NCBI GenBank assembly: GCA_044345455.1
Contig: JBIJBA010000001.1
Coordinates: 1 to 34,364, forward strand
DNA length: 34,364 nucleotides
DNA from: Rhodoluna sp.
GTDB taxonomy: Bacteria; Actinomycetota; Actinomycetes; Actinomycetales; Microbacteriaceae
Reading direction: 5' to 3'
Shown here: positions 26,196 through 34,364 of the stretch, piece by piece
How the letters are laid out: each line of letters starts with the position of its first letter
Position numbering within the stretch: position 1 is the first letter of the stretch
The notes under the pieces: model-generated
Databases searched by the model: none
What the model was told of the DNA's origin: nothing
Seen by the model: the letters and a program-made list of their open reading frames with translations, nothing else
Translations under genes and position numbers: made by a program

Positions 26196-27374
26196 ATGTC
26201 TATTGGAATAACAAACATTGGCTCTTTGGTCACTAATGACCAAAGTCTTGGGTCAGGCATCCTCGGGGAAATCCAAAATGCCGCGTTAGTTATTGAGAAT
26301 GACAAAATCTCTTGGGTTGGAGTCACTAATGAAGTTCCAGACACCGACCAACAAATAGACGTAGCGGGCAAAGCCGTAACTCCAGGATTCGTTGATTCCC
26401 ATGCTCACCTACTCTTTGCCGGGGAACGCTCAAAAGAATTCCAAGCTCGAATGAAAGGCGAGAAGTATTCCGCCGGTGGAATTCAATCAACCGTTGTAGC
26501 TACCCGCGAAGCATCCAATGAGGCTCTAGAGCAAAACATGCTCAGGCTTGTAAGCGAAATGCAGCGTTCTGGAATCACAACTTATGAATCTAAATCTGGT
26601 TACGGGCTCACTACAGCCGATGAAACCAGAGCACTACAGATTGTAGCTAAGCAAACTCCCGAAACTACTTTTCTTGGAGCCCACGTTGTTCCAAGTGAGT
26701 ATGCAGGAAAGGAAGACAACTACGTCGACCTAGTAATCGGGGAGATGCTTGATTCAGTTTTGCCGCATGCCAAGTGGATTGACGTGTTTTGTGATCAAGG
26801 AGCATTTGATGTTGATCAAGCCAGGCAGATTTTGCAGGCAGGAATTGAAAAGGGTCTTCTGCCTCGTATCCACGCCAATCAACTAACGCAGGGCGGAGGA
26901 GTTCAGCTAGCTGTTGAGTTAGATTGCGCATCGGCCGATCACTGCACACATTTGTCAGATAAAGATATCGAGCTTCTTGCAGGATCAAATACTGTTGCCA
27001 CCTTGGTACCAGGAGCAGAGTTTTCAACCAGGGCAACCTATCCAAACGCAGCAAGATTGTTTGATGCCGGTGTGAATGTTGCTATAGCTACCGATTGCAA
27101 CCCAGGCTCTAGTTACACAACCTCGATGCCTTTTTGTATTGCGCTAGCAATTAGAGAAATGGGATTTAGCCCAGAGCAGGCTTTATGGTCGGCAACCATG
27201 GGTGGGGCTAAAGCGTTGCGAAGAACAGACGTCGGATCTCTTGCTGTTGGCCAAAGTGCAGACCTAGTGATTCTGAATGCACCAAGTTATCTGCACCTTG
27301 GCTACAGACCAGGTGTTGATCTAGTTAGTGAAGTCTTCAAATCAGGTAAATCTATCTATCAGGAGAAAAAGTGA
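26196..27374 (+). CDS. hutI: Imidazolonepropionase
   Basis: PGFVDSHAHL, GGIQSTV.ATR, ESKSGYGL, FLGAH, SADH and ATDCNPGSS. Confidence 0.96.
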   Translation: MSIGITNIGSLVTNDQSLGSGILGEIQNAALVIENDKISWVGVTNEVPDTDQQIDVAGKAVTPGFVDSHAHLLFAGERSKEFQARMKGEKYSAGGIQSTVVATREASNEALEQNMLRLVSEMQRSGITTYESKSGYGLTTADETRALQIVAKQTPETTFLGAHVVPSEYAGKEDNYVDLVIGEMLDSVLPHAKWIDVFCDQGAFDVDQARQILQAGIEKGLLPRIHANQLTQGGGVQLAVELDCASADHCTHLSDKDIELLAGSNTVATLVPGAEFSTRATYPNAARLFDAGVNVAIATDCNPGSSYTTSMPFCIALAIREMGFSPEQALWSATMGGAKALRRTDVGSLAVGQSADLVILNAPSYLHLGYRPGVDLVSEVFKSGKSIYQEKK

Positions 27375-28861
27375 GCGTAACGCTAAATTCAAGTGGTCTT
27401 TCAATGGACGAGGTAGTCCGGGTTGCAAGACACGGTGAGAAGCTTGAGATTTCCCAAGAGGCGCTCGAGAAGATGGCAGCTACCCGCGCACACATCGAAT
27501 CTTTAGCTGCAGCCGAAACTCCGGTTTATGGAATCTCTACCGGCTTTGGTGCACTTGCCAACAAGCACATCGCTCCAGAAGATCGAGTGCAACTTCAAAA
27601 GTCCCTGATTCGTTCTCATGCGGCAGGTATGGGCGACCCGGTTGAGAAAGAAGTTGTTCGCGCACTTATGCTGCTTCGAACTAAGACACTCGCTAGTGGC
27701 AGAACTGGAGTTAGACCAGTTGTTGCACAAACTTACGTTGATCTACTGAACTCCGGAATCACCCCCATCGTTCACGAGTATGGCTCCCTTGGTTGTAGTG
27801 GAGATCTTGCCCCACTAGCTCACTGCGCCATGGTCTTAATGGGCGAGGGAAGAGCAACCGGTAGTGACGGAGTTGAACGAGATGTTCCAACTCTTTTGAA
27901 AGAAGCTGGCATCAAGCCAATCGAATTACAGGAAAAAGAAGGCCTCGCACTTATCAATGGAACAGACGGCATGCTCGGCATGCTTATTCTTGCTCTTTCA
28001 GATTTAGAAAAACTATGCGATCAAGCAGATGTAATTGCTGCAATGAGTGTTGAGGCTCAAATGGGGACAGATCAGGTGTTTAGACCAGAGCTCCACGAAG
28101 CCCTGAGGCCTCATCCAGGACAGGCAAAGAGCGCTGCAAACATGTTTGCGGCTCTTGCTGGCTCAGAGGTTGTCGCGTCTCATCGAGAAGGTGATGACAA
28201 AGTTCAAGACGCATATTCTCTTCGCTGTGCCCCGCAAGTCGCAGGAGCGGTAAGAGACACCGTAACTCACGCAAGTCTTGTTGCAACCCGTGAGCTTGCA
28301 GCAACCATTGATAACCCAGTGGTTCTGGAATCTGGTGAAGTTACTTCGAATGGAAACTTCCACGGGGCACCGATAGGTTACGTGCTCGATTTCCTAGCTA
28401 TTGCAGCAACAGATTTGTCATCTATTTCTGAGCGAAGAACAGATCGCATGCTCGACAGGTATCGTTCGAGTGGCCTAAGTCCTTTCTTGGCAGGGGATGC
28501 TGGTGTTGATTCAGGTTTGATGATCGCTCAATACACCCAAGCAGCCCTTGTCTCTGAGAACAAACGACTCTCAGTTCCGGCAAGCGTTGATTCGATTCCT
28601 TCTTCTGCGATGCAAGAAGATCACGTCTCGATGGGCTGGCATGCGGGCAGAAAGCTTAGAAAAGTCTCAGACAATCTTCGTCGGGTTTTAGCTATTGAGC
28701 TTGTAACCGCAGCAAGAGCATTAGAAATGCGCGCTCCACTAAAGCCTGCCAAGGTAACTGGAGAGATGTTATCCAGGCTCAGAAAAGTAGTTCCAGGTGT
28801 TGGACCGGACAGATTCTTAGCTCCTGAGCTAGAAGCGGCTGAAACCCTTCTGCGATCTTAG
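27371..28861 (+). CDS. hutH: Histidine ammonia-lyase
   Basis: YGISTGFG, LIRSHAAG (His-specific SH), GSLGCSGDLAPL (MIO site), KEGLALING, QDAYSLRC, NFHG and QEDHVSMG. GTG start overlaps the hutI stop. Confidence 0.97.
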   Translation: MSVTLNSSGLSMDEVVRVARHGEKLEISQEALEKMAATRAHIESLAAAETPVYGISTGFGALANKHIAPEDRVQLQKSLIRSHAAGMGDPVEKEVVRALMLLRTKTLASGRTGVRPVVAQTYVDLLNSGITPIVHEYGSLGCSGDLAPLAHCAMVLMGEGRATGSDGVERDVPTLLKEAGIKPIELQEKEGLALINGTDGMLGMLILALSDLEKLCDQADVIAAMSVEAQMGTDQVFRPELHEALRPHPGQAKSAANMFAALAGSEVVASHREGDDKVQDAYSLRCAPQVAGAVRDTVTHASLVATRELAATIDNPVVLESGEVTSNGNFHGAPIGYVLDFLAIAATDLSSISERRTDRMLDRYRSSGLSPFLAGDAGVDSGLMIAQYTQAALVSENKRLSVPASVDSIPSSAMQEDHVSMGWHAGRKLRKVSDNLRRVLAIELVTAARALEMRAPLKPAKVTGEMLSRLRKVVPGVGPDRFLAPELEAAETLLRS

Positions 28862-28903
28862 TTTTCGCTCAAAAGTTATCTCGTCTCATGCCAGAATAGA
28901 GGG

Positions 28904-29434
28904 ATGACTACACATACACATGTTGCTTCAATCAAAACCAACCACGGCGAAATCAAGGTAAACCTTTTCGCCCTTCACGCGCCAAAGACAGTTGAAAACT
29001 TCGTAGGTCTCGCAACTGGAACCATCGACTGGGTTCACCCGAGTCGTGGCCCTCAGGCAAAAGGTACCCCGCTATACAACGGCGTAATCTTTCACCGCAT
29101 CATTCCTGATTTCATGATTCAGGGTGGAGACCCAACCGGAACTGGAATGGGCGGACCTGGCTACCAGTTCGGTGACGAGATTCACCCAGAACTAACTTTC
29201 AACGAGCCCTACAAGCTAGCTATGGCTAACGCCGGACCTGGCACCAACGGTTCACAATTTTTCATCACTACCGCACCAACCACATGGCTATACGGAAAGC
29301 ACACCATCTTTGGAGATGTTGTTGACGAAGCTAGCCGCAAGGTTGTGGACAAGATTCAAGCTGTTGACACCAATGCGTCTGACAAGCCCCTTGATGATGT
29401 GGTTATTGAGTCCATCTCAATCGAAACTCTCTAG
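28904..29434 (+). CDS. ppiA: Peptidyl-prolyl cis-trans isomerase (cyclophilin)
   Basis: APKTVENF, FHRIIPDFMIQGGDP, LAMANAGPGTNGSQFFIT and HTIFG. TGC-CAGAAT-N6-ATG suggests a leaderless promoter. Confidence 0.96.
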   Translation: MTTHTHVASIKTNHGEIKVNLFALHAPKTVENFVGLATGTIDWVHPSRGPQAKGTPLYNGVIFHRIIPDFMIQGGDPTGTGMGGPGYQFGDEIHPELTFNEPYKLAMANAGPGTNGSQFFITTAPTTWLYGKHTIFGDVVDEASRKVVDKIQAVDTNASDKPLDDVVIESISIETL

Positions 29435-29443
29435 AGTTTTCTC

Positions 29444-30097
29444 TTGGCAAGATTGAAATCGAGTCAGCCAAAAGTTACTGTTTGGCTGATCTCGATCAAT
29501 CTTCTTGTTTGGTTAGCTCAAGTCATTCCTGGCTCTGGTGTGACAAACACACTGCTGTATGCGCCGCTACTAACAACTATCGAACCGTGGCGAATGCTCA
29601 CCGCAGGATTTGTTCACTCGCCAGATAGTCCCTGGCACATTTTGATAAACATCTACTCGATTTATATATTTGGTCGAGTTATCGAACCAATGCTTGGCCC
29701 AGCTAGATTTTTAGCTCTTTATCTGATTTCAATCATCGGTGGGTCAGCGATGGTGTTGTGGCTTGGAAGCCCTGTTACCCCAGTTGTTGGAGCGTCAGGA
29801 GCGTTTTTTGGTTTGATGGGTGCATACTTCATCATGCTTAGAACAATCGGTGATAACAGCGGGCAGCTGCTTGCGCTGATTGCTGTGAACTTAGCGTTTG
29901 GGTTTTTCTTCCCAAACATCTCTTGGCAAGGTCACTTAGGTGGCTTACTTGCCGGCATGGCCGTAACGGCTGTTTATGCCAGAACAAGATACAAGTCAGC
30001 GCTAAGCCAAAAGATTCAGGTTCTGGGTGTGCTGGGATTGATTGTTGCTTTGATTGCAGTGGGAGTAGTTGTCCGGCTAGGACCGATGTTTTCCTAG
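29444..30097 (+). CDS. Rhomboid family intramembrane serine protease
   Basis: EPWRMLT, GFVH...WHILIN, catalytic GASG and HLGGLLAG; syntenic position after ppiA. Confidence 0.93.
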   Translation: MARLKSSQPKVTVWLISINLLVWLAQVIPGSGVTNTLLYAPLLTTIEPWRMLTAGFVHSPDSPWHILINIYSIYIFGRVIEPMLGPARFLALYLISIIGGSAMVLWLGSPVTPVVGASGAFFGLMGAYFIMLRTIGDNSGQLLALIAVNLAFGFFFPNISWQGHLGGLLAGMAVTAVYARTRYKSALSQKIQVLGVLGLIVALIAVGVVVRLGPMFS

Positions 30098-30101
30098 AGA
30101 G

Positions 30102-30419
30102 TTACTTCCAGCGAGTCGACATCATGAAGCCGACCATGGCAATTCCAAAACCAATCAAGATGTTCCAGTTGGAAAGATTCAATGGCGTTCCAGCCCCTAG
30201 TGGGAACTGTGCGCTGGTTACGTAGTAAGTTATGATCCAAAATAACCCAACAATCATGAAACCAAACATCACAGGCTTGAACCAAACCGGGTTTAGAGCA
30301 TCCTCGGAGTTTTTTGACTTGGCTACCTTATCAACCTTTGGTTTACGTTTAGGAAGCTTGGGGGAGCGCTTTTCTGGTAGCGAGGAGTCGTCTTCTGGGG
30401 TCGCAGTCAATTTAGGCAT
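30102..30419 (-). CDS. crgA: Cell division protein CrgA
   Basis: NPVWFKPVMFGFMIVGLFWIITYY and WNILIGFG...GFMMSTRWK. ATG 30419 lies 7 nt after TAGAAT (leaderless spacing); ATG 30425 is the alternative start. Confidence 0.95.
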   Translation of the reverse strand: MPKLTATPEDDSSLPEKRSPKLPKRKPKVDKVAKSKNSEDALNPVWFKPVMFGFMIVGLFWIITYYVTSAQFPLGAGTPLNLSNWNILIGFGIAMVGFMMSTRWK

Positions 30420-30451
30420 GGTCATAATTCTACAAGTAGGCTTTGATTAAG

Positions 30452-31087
30452 ATGACCAAGATTCTTGTGCTCGATAACTATGACAGCTTTGTCTATACGC
30501 TAGCTGGCTATTTACAGCAGCTTGGCGCCACAACCGACGTTATTAGAAACGATGCCATTAGCGCCAAAGAGCTCCCAGAGCTGATGAAAAAGTACGACGG
30601 AGTGCTGATAAGCCCAGGACCAGGAACCCCTAAGGATGCCGGGCTCAGCATCGATGTTGTTCAAATTGCCTTGGAAACGAATCAGTCGGTGTTTGGAGTT
30701 TGTCTCGGTCACCAAGCAATCGCAGAGGCTATGGGAGCAACCGTTACCAGCGCTGAAGAACTAATGCACGGTAAGACTAGCGATGTTGAACACGACAACA
30801 GCCTGGTATTCAAAGACGTCCCTAAATTCTTTAGGGCCACCAGATATCACTCACTAGCTGTTGTCGATAACACCGTTCCCAAAGATCTAGTTGTAACTAG
30901 TCGCACTAAAGGCGGCGTGATCATGGGATTACAGCACATCTCTAAACCAATTTACGGAGTTCAGTTCCACCCGGAAAGTGTGCTTACTGAGGGTGGTTAC
31001 CAAATGCTTGGAAACTGGCTTGAATCAATTGGACTCGAAGGAGCCGCCGCCAAAGCTAAAAAGCTAACGCCGATGATAAAGCTCTAG
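30452..31087 (+). CDS. trpG: Anthranilate / aminodeoxychorismate synthase component II (TrpG/PabA)
   Basis: ILVLDNYDSFVY, ISPGPGTP, GVCLGHQ, MHGKTS, TRYHSL and GVQFHPES; same position as Rv0013 next to pknB. Confidence 0.93.
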   Translation: MTKILVLDNYDSFVYTLAGYLQQLGATTDVIRNDAISAKELPELMKKYDGVLISPGPGTPKDAGLSIDVVQIALETNQSVFGVCLGHQAIAEAMGATVTSAEELMHGKTSDVEHDNSLVFKDVPKFFRATRYHSLAVVDNTVPKDLVVTSRTKGGVIMGLQHISKPIYGVQFHPESVLTEGGYQMLGNWLESIGLEGAAAKAKKLTPMIKL

Positions 31088-32944
31088 TTACTCGGACGAA
31101 GGCGGTGGTGACGAAGGCGGTGGTGACGAAGGCGGTGGTGACGAAGGCGGTGGTGTTGGGGTCGGAGTCGGGGTACCCGCAATACAGTTCAAAATCAAGG
31201 TAATGGTTTGCTTCTGTTCTGCAAGACCAGGCGGAATTGACTGAGAGGCAACTGTGGTTCCCGAGGTTCCTCCCCCAGAGATACAGGCAGCTGATGGCTG
31301 AACTAACACGTTAAAGCCAACGTCAGTTCCCTCCATCGCGCGCCTTGCATCGGTTGCCCCCATACCAACCACGGATGGCACCAGTACTTGACCGTCAGAT
31401 ACAAGAAGCTTTACCGCGGATCCTTCATCGACTTGTTCATTTGCCGCTGGGACAGATTCAATGACCTCACCTTTGGCAATTATGGCTGAGTTAACTGATG
31501 TGATTCCACCAAGAATTAGACCAGCTTTTTCTAAGGCTTTTTTGGCTTCTGCTTCCGTTAGACCCGACAAAAGCGGAACTGCCGACTCGGATTTGCCAGA
31601 TGAGACGAAGACTTCGATGGTGGTTCCAGCTGGAACTTTTCTACCACTCGGTGGATTAGTTCTGATGATTAGGCCTTCTCTCACAGAGTCGTTCACTTCT
31701 GCAACCCTTTGAACTACAAGACCTTGGTCTATTAGAGCCTTGCTTCCATCATCAAAAAGCTCACCAGCTACATCAGCCACCTCAACACCGGTTGCGTTGT
31801 TGGAAGGGATTGGAGAAAAAGCTCCACCGATAGCCACCAACCAAATAATCAATCCAACCAATGTCACGGCAACACCAGAGCCAACACCCCATAGCAATTT
31901 AGGGGAGGGCAGTTCCTTGGCCACTCGTTCGCGAACAGTGATTGACGTGGTGGGTTCACCTGAGGCGTATTCGATACCTACTTCTTTAAAGAAATCATCA
32001 GCACTTACCGAGTCAATAACTTCTGTTTGCGATGCCTGCTGCTCGCTGACAACGGTGGTCTGTGGGGTAAATCCGGTTTTGGGAAGGGACTCCCCGCGAA
32101 CGGCTGCCAGAAGGTGTTCGCGGAATTCTTCTGCAGTTTGAAAACGCTCTTCACGGTCTTTAGCCAAGGCGTTTAGAACAACCTGGTCTAGTTCAGGCGT
32201 GATTTCTGGATTGTGCTCGGAAGGAGCTGGCACTTTTTCACTCACGTGTTGGTATGCAACCGAAACCGCGGTATCACCTTTGAACGGGGGTCTTCCGGCC
32301 AACATTTCGTATAGCAAAACACCCATCGAATAAAGGTCAGTTCTAGAATCAACAACTTCTCCACGAGCTTGCTCCGGAGAGAAGTACTGAGCCGTTCCAA
32401 CAATTCCGGCGGTGTGTGCCTGAGTGTCGGAGGAATCGGCGATTGCCCTGGCAATTCCAAAGTCCATGACTTTGACTTGACCATCATTTGTGATCATGAT
32501 GTTTGAAGCTTTTATGTCCCGATGAATAACTCCGGCTTTGTGAGAAACCTCGAGAGCACTGAGAACTCCCTTGGCGAAGTCAACAGCTTCTTTTAGGCTT
32601 AACTTTTTCTCGTGCATAATATCGCGAAGCAATCGCCCGTTTACGTATTCCATGATTATGAAAGGAGTCCTAATCTGGCTTCCGTTTGTGTCGGTTGAAG
32701 ACTCCTCGCCGGCATCGTAAATGCGAACGATAGTTGGGTGTGCCATCTTGGCGGAGGCCTGGGCCTCTTTAGCAAATCGAGATTCGAAAGATTCGTCGCT
32801 AGCTAGATCCGACTTTAGAAGCTTGATAGCCACCTTGCGTCCGAGACGAAGGTCCAGGCCTTCAAAAACATCAGCCATACCTCCGCGCCCTATTAGCTCG
32901 CCGACTTTGTAGCGGCCAGCTAAAACACGCTCTTGCTCAGACAT
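31088..32944 (-). CDS. pknB: PASTA-domain Ser/Thr protein kinase PknB (Stk1 family)
   Basis: GRGGMADV, VAIK, HRDIK, DFGIAR, GTAQYFSPEQ, VSVAYQHV, one TM helix, about three PASTA repeats and a Pro/Ser tail. Confidence 0.95.
   Translation of the reverse strand: MSEQERVLAGRYKVGELIGRGGMADVFEGLDLRLGRKVAIKLLKSDLASDESFESRFAKEAQASAKMAHPTIVRIYDAGEESSTDTNGSQIRTPFIIMEYVNGRLLRDIMHEKKLSLKEAVDFAKGVLSALEVSHKAGVIHRDIKASNIMITNDGQVKVMDFGIARAIADSSDTQAHTAGIVGTAQYFSPEQARGEVVDSRTDLYSMGVLLYEMLAGRPPFKGDTAVSVAYQHVSEKVPAPSEHNPEITPELDQVVLNALAKDREERFQTAEEFREHLLAAVRGESLPKTGFTPQTTVVSEQQASQTEVIDSVSADDFFKEVGIEYASGEPTTSITVRERVAKELPSPKLLWGVGSGVAVTLVGLIIWLVAIGGAFSPIPSNNATGVEVADVAGELFDDGSKALIDQGLVVQRVAEVNDSVREGLIIRTNPPSGRKVPAGTTIEVFVSSGKSESAVPLLSGLTEAEAKKALEKAGLILGGITSVNSAIIAKGEVIESVPAANEQVDEGSAVKLLVSDGQVLVPSVVGMGATDARRAMEGTDVGFNVLVQPSAACISGGGTSGTTVASQSIPPGLAEQKQTITLILNCIAGTPTPTPTPPPSSPPPSSPPPSSPPPSSE
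31095..31154. repeat. Perfect 15-bp tandem repeat x4 encoding (PPPSS)4 at the PknB C-terminus
   Basis: GACGAAGGCGGTGGT at 31095, 31110, 31125 and 31140 with no mismatches. Confidence 0.97.
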
Positions 32945-32992
32945 TTATTTCTCCCCGAATCTCCTTATCCAACAATACCAAGTGGATTCTCA

Positions 32993-34363
32993 CTACTCGC
33001 CTCCGCTGGAACTTGGGCTAGGGCTTGGAGAAATAGAAGGACTAGGGCTTTGAGTAGCAGTCGGCGAGGGGCTAGGAATCGGCGCAGATTCTCCTTGGAT
33101 GTAGTAGAAAATTCTCACGGTCGAACCAACTGGTATCTGACCGAGCCCCTCGGCTTGGTAGACACCCAAAATTCTCGAATCAGTTGGGTCCAATGCCTCG
33201 CCTGGGACAGCCTCCACCAAAAGGCCCTTTTGAGTTAAAAATGCCGTTGCATCGATAACTTTCTTCCCCACAACATCCGCCAGAAAAACACTCACAGTGG
33301 CAATTGGTCTGTCGGGAGCAGGAGCTGTGGGTATCTTGGAAACTGAAATAGAAGAGGGGCTTGGAGAAGGGTTCTGCTCTGAAACCAGACTCACAATAAT
33401 TGCAATCATCACGCCACCAGCGGCTAACACCAAAACTCCAATGAGCGCCAGCCAAGGCCAAACAACCGGCAACTTGGCTAAGGGCTCAGTCTCTGGGGTG
33501 TTAGCTGTGTCGTTAACTCTTGTCACGGGAGCGCTTTGCGGGTCAAAGACTTCCGTGGCCGAAACTCCTTCAAGTTGCAACCTCAGCACTCTTGCTCTAT
33601 TTGATAAATCAAGAGCACTGCCAGGACGTTGATTTGGTTTTTTTGCCAAACAAGACAAGACAAGTTCTTGAACCCTTTTATCTATGTCGTCACCTATAGC
33701 GGGTGGCTTGTCATTTATTTGGGCCATCGCAATAACCATTTGAGACTCCCCAGTGAAGGGTCTTCTTCCAGTTAGCGCTTCATAGGCGACAATCCCGAGC
33801 GAGTAAATGTCAGTAGATGGCGTCGCAGGCTTTCCAGTTGCCTGCTCCGGGGATAAGTACTGAACTGTTCCCATGACTTGCCCGGTTGCGGTTAGAGCAA
33901 CTTGATCGGCAACCCTGGCAATACCAAAATCGGTGATCTTAACTTTTCCAGCAGGAGTAATAAGTAAGTTTCCAGGCTTGATGTCTCTGTGAACAAGCCC
34001 GTCCTCGTGAGCTGCGTGCAGCGCTTTAGCGGTTTGCTCAACAATGCTTAGAACTTCAATTTCAGTAAGACGAATACGCTTTTCAATGATTCGAGCAAGT
34101 GAGTCTCCAGCAACAATTTCCATCACCAAATAAGCCGAACCAGAACCCTCGCCGTAGTCGTAAACGTCGGCAATGCCAACGTGGTCCACTCGAGCGGCAT
34201 GACGAGCTTCAACGCGGAATCTTTCTAGAAAGCCTGGATCACCCATGAACTCAGGCTTCAGAATCTTTATTGCAACATCTCGGAGGATAACCTCGTCGTG
34301 CGCTCGCCAAACCTCGCCCATGCCCCCAATCGCAATGCGATCAACTAGTCGGTATCTATTTCC
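32993..34363 (-). CDS. pknA: Ser/Thr protein kinase PknA (5'-truncated by the window edge)
   Basis: The frame stays open beyond the ORF-track start ([19 protein letters not shown]) to the edge. [24 protein letters not shown] and a TM helix; directly upstream of pknB. Confidence 0.92.
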   Translation of the reverse strand, partial: GNRYRLVDRIAIGGMGEVWRAHDEVILRDVAIKILKPEFMGDPGFLERFRVEARHAARVDHVGIADVYDYGEGSGSAYLVMEIVAGDSLARIIEKRIRLTEIEVLSIVEQTAKALHAAHEDGLVHRDIKPGNLLITPAGKVKITDFGIARVADQVALTATGQVMGTVQYLSPEQATGKPATPSTDIYSLGIVAYEALTGRRPFTGESQMVIAMAQINDKPPAIGDDIDKRVQELVLSCLAKKPNQRPGSALDLSNRARVLRLQLEGVSATEVFDPQSAPVTRVNDTANTPETEPLAKLPVVWPWLALIGVLVLAAGGVMIAIIVSLVSEQNPSPSPSSISVSKIPTAPAPDRPIATVSVFLADVVGKKVIDATAFLTQKGLLVEAVPGEALDPTDSRILGVYQAEGLGQIPVGSTVRIFYYIQGESAPIPSPSPTATQSPSPSISPSPSPSSSGGE

Positions 34364-34364
34364 A

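Noticed and set aside
24527-28861. Possibility that the hut-like genes are an ergothioneine-degradation paralogue set
   Set aside because: HutH keeps the histidine-type SH motif, and HutU and HutI look canonical.
31095-31154. Repeat considered as a CRISPR array
   Set aside because: The units are contiguous with no spacers, in frame within pknB, and no cas genes are present.
3327-33632. Numerous 60-150 aa ORFs nested in or antisense to the main genes (e.g. 7847-8215, 13836-14231, 15988-16449, 18378-18797, 31740-32141)
   Set aside because: They lie on top of well-supported genes and show no recognisable motifs; they are consistent with shadow ORFs.

Overview
Compact, densely packed chromosome segment from an actinobacterium. 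The gene set, tiny or overlapping intergenic regions and near-50% GC (by eye) suggest a streamlined aquatic Microbacteriaceae of the Aquiluna/Rhodoluna type; this is an inference. From left to right it holds: the edge of a probable surface-glycan locus (methyltransferase); an sbtA-sbtB bicarbonate-uptake pair with a structured upstream leader; a GT4 glycosyltransferase; a peroxidase plus beta-oxidation block (crotonase, acyl-CoA oxidase, thiolase, FadB); a ~13 kb catabolic island (10597-23551); a hutG/hutUIH histidine-utilisation cluster; and the conserved ppiA-rhomboid-crgA-trpG-pknB-pknA region, truncated at the right edge. The island is the best candidate for an undescribed system. It combines a gamma-glutamylation module (GS-like ligase, GATase, APC permease, AldC-like dehydrogenase), a P450 with ferredoxin and reductase, homoprotocatechuate-type meta-cleavage genes, an MppR/Sbi00515-like Schiff-base enzyme, a stand-alone sigma-region-4 protein and a MarR regulator. 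A 20-bp palindrome recurs in all four of its promoter regions. No rRNA, tRNA, CRISPR array or transposase was seen. All product calls rest on motif recognition, not database searches.
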